From a virus (lineage: Duplodnaviria; Caudoviricetes), in IMG/VR virus record IMGVR_UViG_3300033068_001013, positions 1,951-65,950 of that record: DNA of 64,000 nt; one strand, given 5' to 3'. Numbering within the stretch: position 1 is the first letter of the stretch; every line of letters begins with the position of its first letter. The notes under the pieces were generated by a model. It made no database searches. It worked only from the letters and a program-made list of their open reading frames with translations, and was not told the origin of the DNA. This document shows, piece by piece, positions 46,101 to 54,300 of this stretch. The translations under genes were made by a program, and so were the position numbers.

Positions 46101-48153
46101 AGAGCAAAGGAAGTTTGTTGAAAGAGTGCTGGGAGATTTGGAGCGATCCAAATTGGGACAGAATTGGTATCAGAGATTGAGTGCTCTGCAGATTAAGGCT
46201 TTGCTTGGTACTGTACACATTGCGATGAATAATGTGATTACTACAGTGGCTAGATTGCCTTTGGATTTGGTTACTCCGGCAATGGCCGGATGGATTGTTG
46301 GACGGAAAGAGTTTATTAAAGCCAAACCAGATGCCACTATGGCGGAAGCCGCGTATGCTGGGGCGCAGATGGCAAAGAAAGCGATTCAACCTGCGATTAA
46401 TGTCATCATGAGTCTTAATCCTAAAGAACTTGGTCAAGTTATTAAGGGAACTAAGATTAACTGGTCTGGGGTTGAGCTGGGACGAGGAGAGAGATTTCAA
46501 CACTACGATGATTTGGTTTCTTCGTTAGAGCAATACTTTCCGGATTATCATAGTAAGTTACATGGGTTGAGTTCCGGAATTGAAACTCGAAATGAAGACC
46601 CGTCAAACTGGATTAAGTTGGTTCGAGAAATCATGCCCACTATTGATGATCCAAATGTGAAGGCGAAGTTTGAAGCTCGGACTAAGATTCTGGAGGAGAG
46701 ACTTAAGCAAAATGAAAGTTTGTTGGGGAAGACTTTTAATAAGGTGGAATGGATTTACGATCTGCCACTAAGACCTTCCAACTTTCAGGAATTTTTCTTT
46801 AGACGTCCTTATTTCGTGGGAGCGTTGGATCGGGAATTGGCGCTTCGAGGCATGAGTCTGCATGATATGGTGGTTGATGGGAAGCTAGCAGAGATCCCAC
46901 CTGAAGCGATGGAAGCTGCTACAGATGCTGCGTTAACTTTCACATTTGCATATAAGCCAAAAGCAGATGCGCCGGGGACTGTGGGCATTGAACGCGGAGT
47001 TGCATCTATCATCAAAGGTATCAACGGTATGGGAATATTGGGCCATACTGTTGGTGAGATGCTCCCGCAGGCCATGTTCAATGGAGCGAAATTTTGGTAT
47101 GAATACGGTGCACTGGGGGCGATTCGGCCTGCAATTAAACTGGCGAATGGAAAGACCAGAGCTGATATGGATTTCCATGACCAACATCGTCTAGCGCAAG
47201 CGGCCATTGGGACCATGTTGTATGCTGGGATTCTAAGTGTTGCAGGTTCTATCTTTGGGGATGAGTGGTATAAGTTAAAGACTGGTAGAAAAACCAAGGA
47301 CGGTAAACCGATTTATATTGATGCCCGTGGAGCGATGGGCCAATTTGCGGCGTTCTTTTTCATGGCGCATACAATTCATAATTATCAAAAGGATAGAATT
47401 ACAGATTGGAAGAAGGTAGCCGCACAGGGGAGTGAGGTGTTTTTTAATGCACGGAAAGATACGGAAACCTCGGCGGCTTTGACTGCGTTTCAGAAAATGT
47501 GGGGTGGGTCGGAACCTTTGAGTGGAGAAGAGTCTAAGATGATGCAAGGGGCTGGGCAGTTCTTTGCTACTTGGATTCGACCCGCTTTAAATCTCCGAGA
47601 TGCCATAGCCGAGTTTAATGCTGAGGAGAATGTTAAAAAGGATCTGAAACAAAATCCCCTGTTCGGACCTTCGATGGACACAATCCCGTGGTTGCGAAGA
47701 CGGTTACCGAATTTGAGTTTGCCGGGAGAATCTAATCCTATTCAATTGTCCATGCATCCCGGTGTGGCACAGTTCACTGGGGTGAAGTTGGTCGAGGGGG
47801 CCCCGGCTGCGAAAACTGAGATCAGTCGTCTGGGGGTGTCGATTAATAAATGGCTACCTCGGGATACTGATCCCGTTATTGATCGAGTTCAGAATCAGGC
47901 CTTTACTCAGATGATTGAAAGTCAGGCCGAGGCGTTTTTAAAAGATCCCACATATCTCAACGCGGATGAGAAAATGAAGCGGTCAATGTGGGAACAGGTA
48001 GTGACTGGGAAGGACGGGATTGCTGCTTATGCAAAGCGATTCGGACAAGAAGCCAATCCTCTTGAAATGCAGAAGAGGGAAGTGAAGCGTTCCATAGGCC
48101 CGTTCACACGGGAAGCTTATGGGATTGACAAACAACTTGAGAAAATTAAATAA
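40099..48153 (+). CDS. large polyvalent ejection protein with ART-like and zincin domains
   Basis: 2,684 aa; FHGT...LYGPGFY and AFDPKQVKSATGNRGTFD (polyvalent ART pattern); HHETFH (HExxH). Confidence 0.75.
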   Translation: MMAEITLDDLQIDDGGQPAKSQLTLDDIKVTPMVKAKVTRPKSAEPLVVKPKAEIYKTLGEMSTPEYAIQQQYKLKKPTIKVKGKMPDSQAFTDKVVGQMQGYNLGPDGKPATAFKLPEETTEDFLQRAGDLQRAKDQQDQATRMKGRTEAAAKMSQWQSLPTSFAKGAGETLLQTVKGAKVMGETLMGTSSPDEVYFQPNSGPVTKDDFVNHLSSALGAFVPQTAIGALTGHLGTVMQGALQNSAQAYDEAKMSGADDDTAKLSAGLGLVIGSLAGLGPQAFGARLAKAQGDLLEKGWKSWAKETLQPAGVMAAQTFLNNVNAKIGAGYDPQRALSQGVAESGLIGGILGAGQKVFTTAANTDINQVKQKLVDMGIAQYSDKHYPRLSPSETRLFSGLPLSTEKDTPKEFAPWYYSQLERVVEQKFPNKMSVEQAKAMLTDPQRGIKAEEYEWSGLKDFLDQKESTNEPVLKGDLQKIIRQNRLELTEQVLGFDRETPKLKSLLEERQALEEKDNQLLWALKLSEQQFSTIESNLNNSLPEHLLQHGVGWAFANVKDQLSADTLAKYDLYNNALAEWRQIQDDRHEIFLRTRQLNSEIQQERAGTEGFDPEYASYSPLQGKNYKELLFHLPNDFEAPHFSKRGKGLLAHVRFNEAEDPITGKSRLQIQEIQSDLHQAGREQGYKPKMPTTAVEEYQAMEQKLKELKQQMDDIDNIYGNLDPDNIPSEILVKFNELNEQYQQIKVDRDIHLADYSTEPVYDAEEGVFYSNEKPPAAPFKNTWHELMFKRMLRYAAEKGYDEIVWPTGKSQVAMYEDVTRKNVDELHLLPGPRGRTLRGYKNGEFVTDVEIKNDKELEKYVGPSIAKKLLEQSVVKDSDLSIGGQMHRLLYDEKLPKFAQSIGKKFGAKYERKSQGDEEVHSFVIPETLKRSVLYEGQKLFVNPVADPELWKNFLKSRRGDGDGVSEQPKVNSSLGVYRKDGLLFSGKELSENDRNIRGTYYYLADGQSRPESHRLNPKNILEANNKLDALRKLGVDDKELRSLFYIDKQQLNDVYGGDHSKYLNELSGPNAYGNSMDGLDGWLATEARKAGYDTIKLNHQPDSEGKRNTEIVDLSEVGNKDGVQNVRASFAEDYHNAAKEFVKGSRGADEEGNPIEVFHGTQSPKEITELDFSKLDPNALYGPGFYMTQDRDVAAGEGGYASTKGSNVGPDELKNLRNSPNYDSALNDRLLMYEPDYIEYLKERGLDPMGHNPGTGKEYIKQLKEALKNFPETRKDYEQIEEDAAWSLVDEINKPHAYKLYHNIKNPFDIDAPIDSKLKEYFIKQGIPEWKLQTNQDAYNFLTFNNDRAATNEKLKEFGYDGITHLGGHNGNTKLFKTLDEAESYAKQTGGKLEHSKNLDLVPDAPYQVSGHRVWIAFDPKQVKSATGNRGTFDVNSPRISESIAEKPNLTEMEQRARDAGHIIALTPKTREEFIQESARLMESMKTQDPTSPEFLRDSQRWIELNRAITDSEGIENLTSHKDLQDHVRRINLGHEGDTEQMLKDMGSVMPEASSPDSEFVTGEAVDSIKEGGYKIVYGTESGKAPVLYMPDKVFEALGHKMVGGLNFPLRELPRQLERVKNSSLFTEPERQQAIESLRLIGRASDAEGLSSISLLNSNTHPINFQKVTHHETFHAGQQEALESMARREGLDPAQFDLRALHSSEWAQKNPYVDKFLETPVGQFYAQGRDVSQAKDILAYELAAFVAGGQYYHDSSEGAIKATGLTTGEGIDYLTDYIQHIYDTNGDAAIEAIDAMVRAAELRTNISETIDLARSLERANPNSIDAIKAKTNSQSDFGMEDSAIRASVSGSPEGGIESGESKDRIEELHPVPTGDGPPEGRDKLDFQNDWQSDPFFKVVVNDPFIQKTADVFKGLMDSEGVKYDPRIPPTIQIKDAILRGDLRPEKVEEALAKHGLTWDDYAEAMQRTVSTAGRVLSMMAQVERHYKQLLLDDPGLAKKLGEQRKFVERVLGDLERSKLGQNWYQRLSALQIKALLGTVHIAMNNVITTVARLPLDLVTPAMAGWIVGRKEFIKAKPDATMAEAAYAGAQMAKKAIQPAINVIMSLNPKELGQVIKGTKINWSGVELGRGERFQHYDDLVSSLEQYFPDYHSKLHGLSSGIETRNEDPSNWIKLVREIMPTIDDPNVKAKFEARTKILEERLKQNESLLGKTFNKVEWIYDLPLRPSNFQEFFFRRPYFVGALDRELALRGMSLHDMVVDGKLAEIPPEAMEAATDAALTFTFAYKPKADAPGTVGIERGVASIIKGINGMGILGHTVGEMLPQAMFNGAKFWYEYGALGAIRPAIKLANGKTRADMDFHDQHRLAQAAIGTMLYAGILSVAGSIFGDEWYKLKTGRKTKDGKPIYIDARGAMGQFAAFFFMAHTIHNYQKDRITDWKKVAAQGSEVFFNARKDTETSAALTAFQKMWGGSEPLSGEESKMMQGAGQFFATWIRPALNLRDAIAEFNAEENVKKDLKQNPLFGPSMDTIPWLRRRLPNLSLPGESNPIQLSMHPGVAQFTGVKLVEGAPAAKTEISRLGVSINKWLPRDTDPVIDRVQNQAFTQMIESQAEAFLKDPTYLNADEKMKRSMWEQVVTGKDGIAAYAKRFGQEANPLEMQKREVKRSIGPFTREAYGIDKQLEKIK

Positions 48154-48659
48154 TGGTTACCATGAACTATGTACCAGACGATAGCGTTGTTGATTTTATT
48201 CGCCAACATGAGGGCGAGCGGCTGGAAGTTTATGCTGATCCAGTTGGATTGCTGACTGCCGGTGTTGGGCATTTGCTTACAGAAGAAGAGCTTAAGACTT
48301 TTAAACTTGGGGATAAGATCTCCGAGGAACAAAGTCGGAAGTGGCTTCGAGAGGATATGCAAAAGGCTATTGATTGTGTTAAGGCAGTCAAGGCTCCTTT
48401 GACTCGTAGTCAAGCGGCGGCGCTAGTTTCGTTTGTGTTTAATGTAGGAACTGGTGCGTTTAATCGCTCTAGTTTGAAACGGTTGTTGGAGCAGGGGAAG
48501 TTTTCCTTGGCCGCTCAAGAATTCAAGCGGTGGTCGAAGGCTAAGGGTAAAGTACTTCCTGGACTTGTAACTCGGCGAGACGCAGAACGCCAATTGTTTT
48601 TGAAAGGTGAACATGAATTCCCAATTTCTGATGCAGATCAAAAAGGCAATTCTAAGTAA
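48153..48659 (+). CDS. endolysin, GH24 phage lysozyme
   Basis: HEG.RLEVYADPVGLLTAGVGH catalytic E-x8-D-x5-T; ALVSFVFNVG; GLVTRR.AER.LF. Confidence 0.92.
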   Translation: MVTMNYVPDDSVVDFIRQHEGERLEVYADPVGLLTAGVGHLLTEEELKTFKLGDKISEEQSRKWLREDMQKAIDCVKAVKAPLTRSQAAALVSFVFNVGTGAFNRSSLKRLLEQGKFSLAAQEFKRWSKAKGKVLPGLVTRRDAERQLFLKGEHEFPISDADQKGNSK

Positions 48660-48801
48660 TCCTTGGACGACTTTCATGGCGTTCGCGGGGTTGGTGGCGT
48701 TGGCGATTTATTCCAAAACCGTGACGCCCGTTCAGGCTATTAACTTGGTTATCACCATTCTAACTGCGGCTGGCGCTGCAGATGGTGGAAAGGAAAGTTG
48801 A
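48607..48801 (+). CDS. putative holin
   Basis: Two short hydrophobic helices, overlaps the endolysin. Confidence 0.5.
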   Translation: MNMNSQFLMQIKKAILSNPWTTFMAFAGLVALAIYSKTVTPVQAINLVITILTAAGAADGGKES

Positions 48802-49064
48802 TGTTTAAATTTGTGGATAAGTTTTTGAAGTTTCTCAAGGGGCTGGTTACCCGACCAGGACTTCAGGCGTTTCTTAGTGAATGGCTGGAGTTTGCTGTGA
48901 AGGAAGGGGAACTGCTTATGAAGCAGAATAATAATGCTGGGCTTAAGCAGTGGGAACAGCAGTTCTTTGATGCGGTGAAAGTGAAGACGGGAGAGCTGAA
49001 GGGTACGTGGATTACGATTCTGATTAACCTTGCCTACGAAGAGCTTAAAGCTCGGGGGGCGTAA
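48798..49064 (+). CDS. hypothetical lysis-module protein
   Basis: ORF track; last gene of the + arm. Confidence 0.55.
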   Translation: MMFKFVDKFLKFLKGLVTRPGLQAFLSEWLEFAVKEGELLMKQNNNAGLKQWEQQFFDAVKVKTGELKGTWITILINLAYEELKARGA

Positions 49065-49073
49065 AGCCCCCTT
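49055..49073 (+). terminator. hairpin at the convergence of the two arms
   Basis: GGGGGC-GTAAA-GCCCCC; weak U tract. Confidence 0.4.
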
Positions 49074-49230
49074 CACCTGCAGCGTCCTCAGCCAATTGAC
49101 CAAAAAAGAAACTCCATTGAGATGGTAGCCAGTGCAAGAGCAAGGGCTATCATGAATAAGGCCTTTTCAGATGGAGTAAGGTCGTCAAACCAGATTAGGA
49201 ACAAGTGAATAAGTGTTTGAATGCTTCGCA

Positions 49231-50019
49231 TTACTTTGCCTCCACATAACGAGGTTCACTGGTGTGACCGAGAAGAGTGTATCGAATGGTGAAACGGCCA
49301 CGTAGTTCCAGAGGCCACTCGAAACCGATGAGCCGAGTTCCATAGGGGCCGGATTGAACAGAGTAGGTTTCGGTGAATTCACCTACAGTATCTCCGGTGA
49401 CGACATCGGTGATGAGAAATTGACCTCTGGGAAGTGGGGTGCGAAAGCCTTCAGAACCATATCCCCAACCTGAAGCATAGACGGTTAGGAGAAAGAATTC
49501 GGATGGGATAAAGAATCCTGCGGGGGTGATGGGGGTCATAGTGGAGGATGTTCGAACGAATCCTACCGCTCCGCTACCGCCGTCGTTTGCAAGCCAGGGA
49601 CTGACAGGTTGGAAGGTCTCTTCAAACACTCGAAGAGTGACTCCGTTGCGGAGAATCCGAATGGGGAAGACATTGGATTGACGGGTTTTAAATGGGAGTC
49701 CTTCGAGAGGGACGATTACCCCGAGCATGTTTTCGGAGATGTAGATGATTCGGGAAGTGATGCCCGAGATCTGGACAGTGTAGCCCTGAACAACTGTTGG
49801 CGGATTGAAAGGATTGATAGATTCGGGGGTGCCGATGTTGGTACCGCAGAGATTGATACGGAGGCCCGGGGCGTAGGCTCCGTTATCTGCGACAGGGTAT
49901 AGAAATTCTGGGGCCGGAGGAAGTTTCGTTGCAAAAGAGTTGCAGGATAAGGCGGCAAGGACCAGAAGTCCAAGGCCAAGAAGTGCTAAGGCTCGAATGA
50001 GAGAAATCATGGATGTCAT
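49231..50019 (-). CDS. lipoprotein with TIGR03437 (Soli_cterm)-like domain
   Basis: LAALSC lipobox; APG..INLCGTNI...G.TV.ISG....IIYISE..LGVIVP pattern. Confidence 0.55.
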   Translation of the reverse strand: MTSMISLIRALALLGLGLLVLAALSCNSFATKLPPAPEFLYPVADNGAYAPGLRINLCGTNIGTPESINPFNPPTVVQGYTVQISGITSRIIYISENMLGVIVPLEGLPFKTRQSNVFPIRILRNGVTLRVFEETFQPVSPWLANDGGSGAVGFVRTSSTMTPITPAGFFIPSEFFLLTVYASGWGYGSEGFRTPLPRGQFLITDVVTGDTVGEFTETYSVQSGPYGTRLIGFEWPLELRGRFTIRYTLLGHTSEPRYVEAK

Positions 50020-50393
50020 TTTGGTGCCTCAAATTTTGCTTTAAGTCGTTCGTAAGTTTCTCGTTCCACTTCCGCGTCTCGAATAGCTTGTAGGGCTAAA
50101 GCACGTTGACGTTGTTCTTCCCAGAAATCTTGTTCACGTTTCCAACGAGCGTGCCATTCTAATTCAGATTGGCCAAGAAGGGCGTAAGGAATGGCAATGT
50201 ATTCATAATCACCACATTTCCATTCTTTGAAAATGAACGCAAAATCTGTAAGATCAAAATCTGCATCATCTGCTTCCTGATAACTCCAGTTAGTCCATTT
50301 ATGGAACTTAATATACTCATTCGCACACTCCGCTGCTCTGGTGGCTGCAGCGTTTAGGAGTTTACGAAGTTCATCTTCTGATGGGAAATTCAT
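50016..50393 (-). CDS. hypothetical protein
   Basis: ORF track. Confidence 0.6.
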   Translation of the reverse strand: MNFPSEDELRKLLNAAATRAAECANEYIKFHKWTNWSYQEADDADFDLTDFAFIFKEWKCGDYEYIAIPYALLGQSELEWHARWKREQDFWEEQRQRALALQAIRDAEVERETYERLKAKFEAPK

Positions 50394-50400
50394 AAATACC

Positions 50401-50607
50401 TCAAATAAAATAGGCCCCCAAAAATAGGAGGCCTGCCAGGAGAATCAAAACAATTGATTGAACTCTTCTAGTCATTCTTAACCTTCTTCGGAGGAGGTTG
50501 TTCGACTTGGAGTGGTTTACGTTTGACAGCACGTTTCTTGGAGGAAGGCTTAGCTTTCCTTTTGCTGTCTTGGCTTCGTTACGAGATCCAAATCCCCAGA
50601 TTTTCAT
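50401..50607 (-). CDS. small membrane protein (start probably at MTRR)
   Basis: C-terminal IVLILLAGLLFLGAYFI. Confidence 0.4.
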   Translation of the reverse strand: MKIWGFGSRNEAKTAKGKLSLPPRNVLSNVNHSKSNNLLRRRLRMTRRVQSIVLILLAGLLFLGAYFI

Positions 50608-51302
50608 TTCTCTCCTTTCAATGTGCGAGCTTCAGTCGGCCCGGTTTGACCTTGGTAGCGTCCAACCTCACCGTAACCTTTGGTGGGCGGGGCGAACATC
50701 ATGAGGGGAACGAGTTGGACGTAGCGTTTGCCTGCTTCGATAACTTCCTCGGTGTGGCTGTGCAATTCGAGCGTGAGTTCGCCCTCGAATCCCGGATCAA
50801 CCCAACCAGCGAGAGCGTGGTCGAGACCTCGGCGTGCCGCACTCGATTTGAGATAAACGGAAGCGCAGAGGGGGTTGAGGAGGAATTGTTTGGGATTGTT
50901 CGCGTCAGCGCCCTGGAGGGCGGAGTAGAACGGGTTCTCGATTAGGGTTGGGGTTGCGGGGATGCGAACGTATTCGAGAGTGGAGGCGAGGAGGGCCACC
51001 CCAGGAACGAGAACCACTTTCGATGCCACGAATTTTTCCATCGGAGCCGCTTCGTGTTCCGAACCATCAGAAGCAAAGTAAGTGAGGGAATGGGGGGAGC
51101 GGTTGACGAATTCGTTTCCGAGTCGAAGGTCGATCGACGCTGGATTGACGAGTGAGGAGTCGTAGGGTTCAACGAGTTTACATTCTTGCGCGAGCAAGGC
51201 GATCATCCAATCGGGTAGGGTCATTTTAAACTCCTTCCATTTCTGCCCAATCACTTCCGACGGAAGCTTCGGCAGCACATACAAAACCGTCCGGGCACAC
51301 AA
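50604..51302 (-). CDS. dcd: dCTP deaminase
   Basis: VNPASIDLRLG, KSSAARRGL, AGWVDPGFEGELTLE, YQGQ.G motifs; true start probably MTLPDW (51224). Confidence 0.9.
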   Translation of the reverse strand: MCARTVLYVLPKLPSEVIGQKWKEFKMTLPDWMIALLAQECKLVEPYDSSLVNPASIDLRLGNEFVNRSPHSLTYFASDGSEHEAAPMEKFVASKVVLVPGVALLASTLEYVRIPATPTLIENPFYSALQGADANNPKQFLLNPLCASVYLKSSAARRGLDHALAGWVDPGFEGELTLELHSHTEEVIEAGKRYVQLVPLMMFAPPTKGYGEVGRYQGQTGPTEARTLKGEK

Positions 51303-54300
51303 CTGGATCGGCGAGAATTGTTACGGGAGCCTCCAACATTTCTTTAGCTATGTGGATGCACTCCTCCACGACTTCATCGGGAGGGTGGAATAGGACAGCA
51401 TCGTGAATGATGTTGATCAGCTCCCACCTTTCGAGCAATCCCTTTGAGTTCATTTCCAGAAGCTTATGACGAAGCATTCCATGGGCGTCATTGGCGGGTA
51501 GAAATGCCTTGGCTTTCTCAGCATCCTTTCCGCCTTTGGGTTTCCAACCAGTTAAAGTCTTCTCCCAACGAAAGACTTCATGGAATCTACGTACAGCCCC
51601 CCAACGAGAGATAAGCATCTTGCGGCGATCCGCTTCGAGGCAGATGGCTTCTTGCCATGCGAAGACCTTGGGGAAGAGGGACTTGAGTAGGTCGAGCAGA
51701 CGCTTGGCTTCAGTTTCGTTTTCGAAATTCTCCCTATTTTCAAAAAACATTCTCCTAGCGCCCATTCCAAAACCGATTCCAAGGATGCAATTTGCAACTA
51801 ACCTATCGGATACCGTAAATCTTTTTCTTGGCCCTGCATTTAAGATGTCATAGACTCGTGCCGTTCTAGTATTTCTTCCCCAGTCAAACCTTGTTTGATT
51901 AATTTGCGAGTTTGACTGTATTCGTATGGACTCGGAAATTCTCGAAGTGGGATCAGTTGATTTTGATACATAATCTTTAGAGTAATTCGACGATTTCTCA
52001 TTTGATCTTGTCGAGAAGCTAATCTTAGGTTTCCCGGTTCGTAATGACCATCGTTGTTGATTCGATCTATCTCCTGCATATGATAGGTTGGGTGAGGCAG
52101 ATTCTCTACTACCCATTGTATAAACTCCATCCGAGATTTGAAACGATTTTGTATTCCCCGTCCACCATAGCTCTTGTAATGTTTGTGTAAGGGGTTTGTA
52201 CAACGAGCAACTATAGCGTCGTATCGTCTTCCCAAGATAGCTGCGTGGAGTTGTGTACGAACCCCGTTTCGGATAAAGGAAGTCACTCGCCCAGCATTTA
52301 AGGCGTCTAACCAAGTCCACTTTTCTATTCCAGTTTCGTGACATTTGGCTAGAACTTTGCGATGCTTGCCTTCCCGTTTTATCTCCGGTGAAATGATTTC
52401 TATTGATCCGAATCGCTTGCCCACCATTTCCTGATTGTATGATCCCGACCATCTCGGATGCTGCTCTCCAGAAAGGAATTTTCCTGCCGTCATCTGTATA
52501 TACCTCATGGTCTATAGTAGCCCAAAGCCCATCGTATTTAGCAACTTGCTTAATACCTTGATAGACTACTCCATCATGGTTCACCCAGTCAAGCCCATCC
52601 CAAACTTTATCTGTAAGTTGCACCTGTTCAATAGGTTTTAGCCCATTAGATGTTAGAACCAGTTCACCTTCCGCTATGCAAGGCTTGGCCTTGAAGTCGC
52701 GGATGAATTTGTGGGCTTTTTTTATTTCACCCAAGAGGGCGCGAAGGTCGGTGTCGCTGAGATCGAGCGCGGTTTCGATTCCCTTCCACTTGACGAGGTG
52801 ACCGGTGACGAAGGAGTGAATATCCATGTCAGCGATCCGCATGTAGGTGGCGTCTTGGGCTTCGAGTCCGAGGGTACGAGCGTGATAGGCTCGAAAATCA
52901 ATCTCGACAAGTTTGTGTCCGGGCTCTGCTTTGATGCAGGCACGGAATTTTTTAGCAAGTTCGGCTCGACGTTTGGGAGTCGTGAGTACGTTTGGGTTAC
53001 GCGCGCCGAGTTGCCAAGTTGCGGGGCCGAAGGTGAAGGTGGTGCGGAGACGGCCGTCTGGTCCTGGATTCCAACCTCCAACAATGGAGCCGTCATCTTG
53101 AAGAGTGCCCGTGTAGGCATTGATCATTTTGGAATGGGCCCGATATTCGCGAGCAAGTTTGATCACGGGATCGCCAGTTTTGGCAGCAAGTTTTTCTAGT
53201 TCTTTATCACCTGTAGTGGCTTTGCCATCTTTGAAACGGGTTGGCATTGGGTAACCTTTGTAGGCGATGTAAGACTTGAGTTGGTCAGTGGACCGTGGAT
53301 TCCACTGAAGCTTGCGCGCGAAACGGCCATTAGGGAGTTGGATATAACCGAGTTTGAGGGCTTCGGTTATTTCAGGTGTCCAATCTTCGAGACCTTCTTG
53401 GATGGATTTGTAGACATCAGACCATTTGAGTTTGGATTTGATCTCTCTAGTAGATCCATTTTTGTTAATCTTAATGGTCGGAGCAAAGAGATCCGAACGA
53501 TGGGTTAGGATTCTTTCTCGAATATCCTCCGGTAACTTGGCGTATCCATCTGGAGGTACGTGAGATCCAAGATGGGTGGGGATAAGAGGTTGAAGGTCTT
53601 GTCCGAATTTAGTCACCTGATCCATTAGCCAGGTTCGGAAGGAGTTTAAGTTATCCCGATTTACCGGAATCCCTCGTCGCTCGACTGCTTGGAGAATAGT
53701 GTGAAAGCGTCGAGTAAAGTTATCATATCCTTGCCATGCATTAGCGCCATTGGGGGCAACAAGTCTCTCGGCATCTTTGGGAAGCTTGGACATGATTCGA
53801 TGAACAGCACAAACGTCTACGACTCCGTAGAATTCGAAGTGAGTGCCCGACATGTGTTTCCAAGGAAAGGTCCAACCATAGACCTGAGCAACGCCTTGAA
53901 GGTGTGCGGGGAGGTCGGGTTGGATGGAGTGCCACAACCAGAGAGTGTCATGAAGAGTACCTTCCAGAGTGACTCCGTGACGTGTTAAGATTGGATTATC
54001 AAATAACCAAGTGTTGTGTCCAACTTTAGCGTTAGGAGTTTTGAAGAGGGCTTTGATTAGCGGGACTGTTTCCGAATTCCACTCAACGGTCCAGCCCTCG
54101 GAATCATTTAACGCGAATTGGACGGTGGTGATGGCGGCTTTTTGAGTATCAAGTTCACCAGTAGCCCACTCGGAAGATTCTTCTTCCGGTTCCTCCTCAG
54201 TCGGAGTTGGATCTTCATCTCGACTGAATTCGTATAGCTCGTCTTCGTCTTCGAGGGCGGACTTGGAAGTTTCCAAGTCATAGGAAAGTAAGGCATCGGG

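Noticed and set aside
13229-48153. Genome-wide TAG recoding (genetic code 15-like)
   Set aside because: Long genes are intact under code 11, and TAG stops coincide with the next gene's SD or start.
40099-48153. Virion RNA polymerase (N4- or crAss-like)
   Set aside because: No DxDGD catalytic context found; GDGDG at about 42975 is in a linker.
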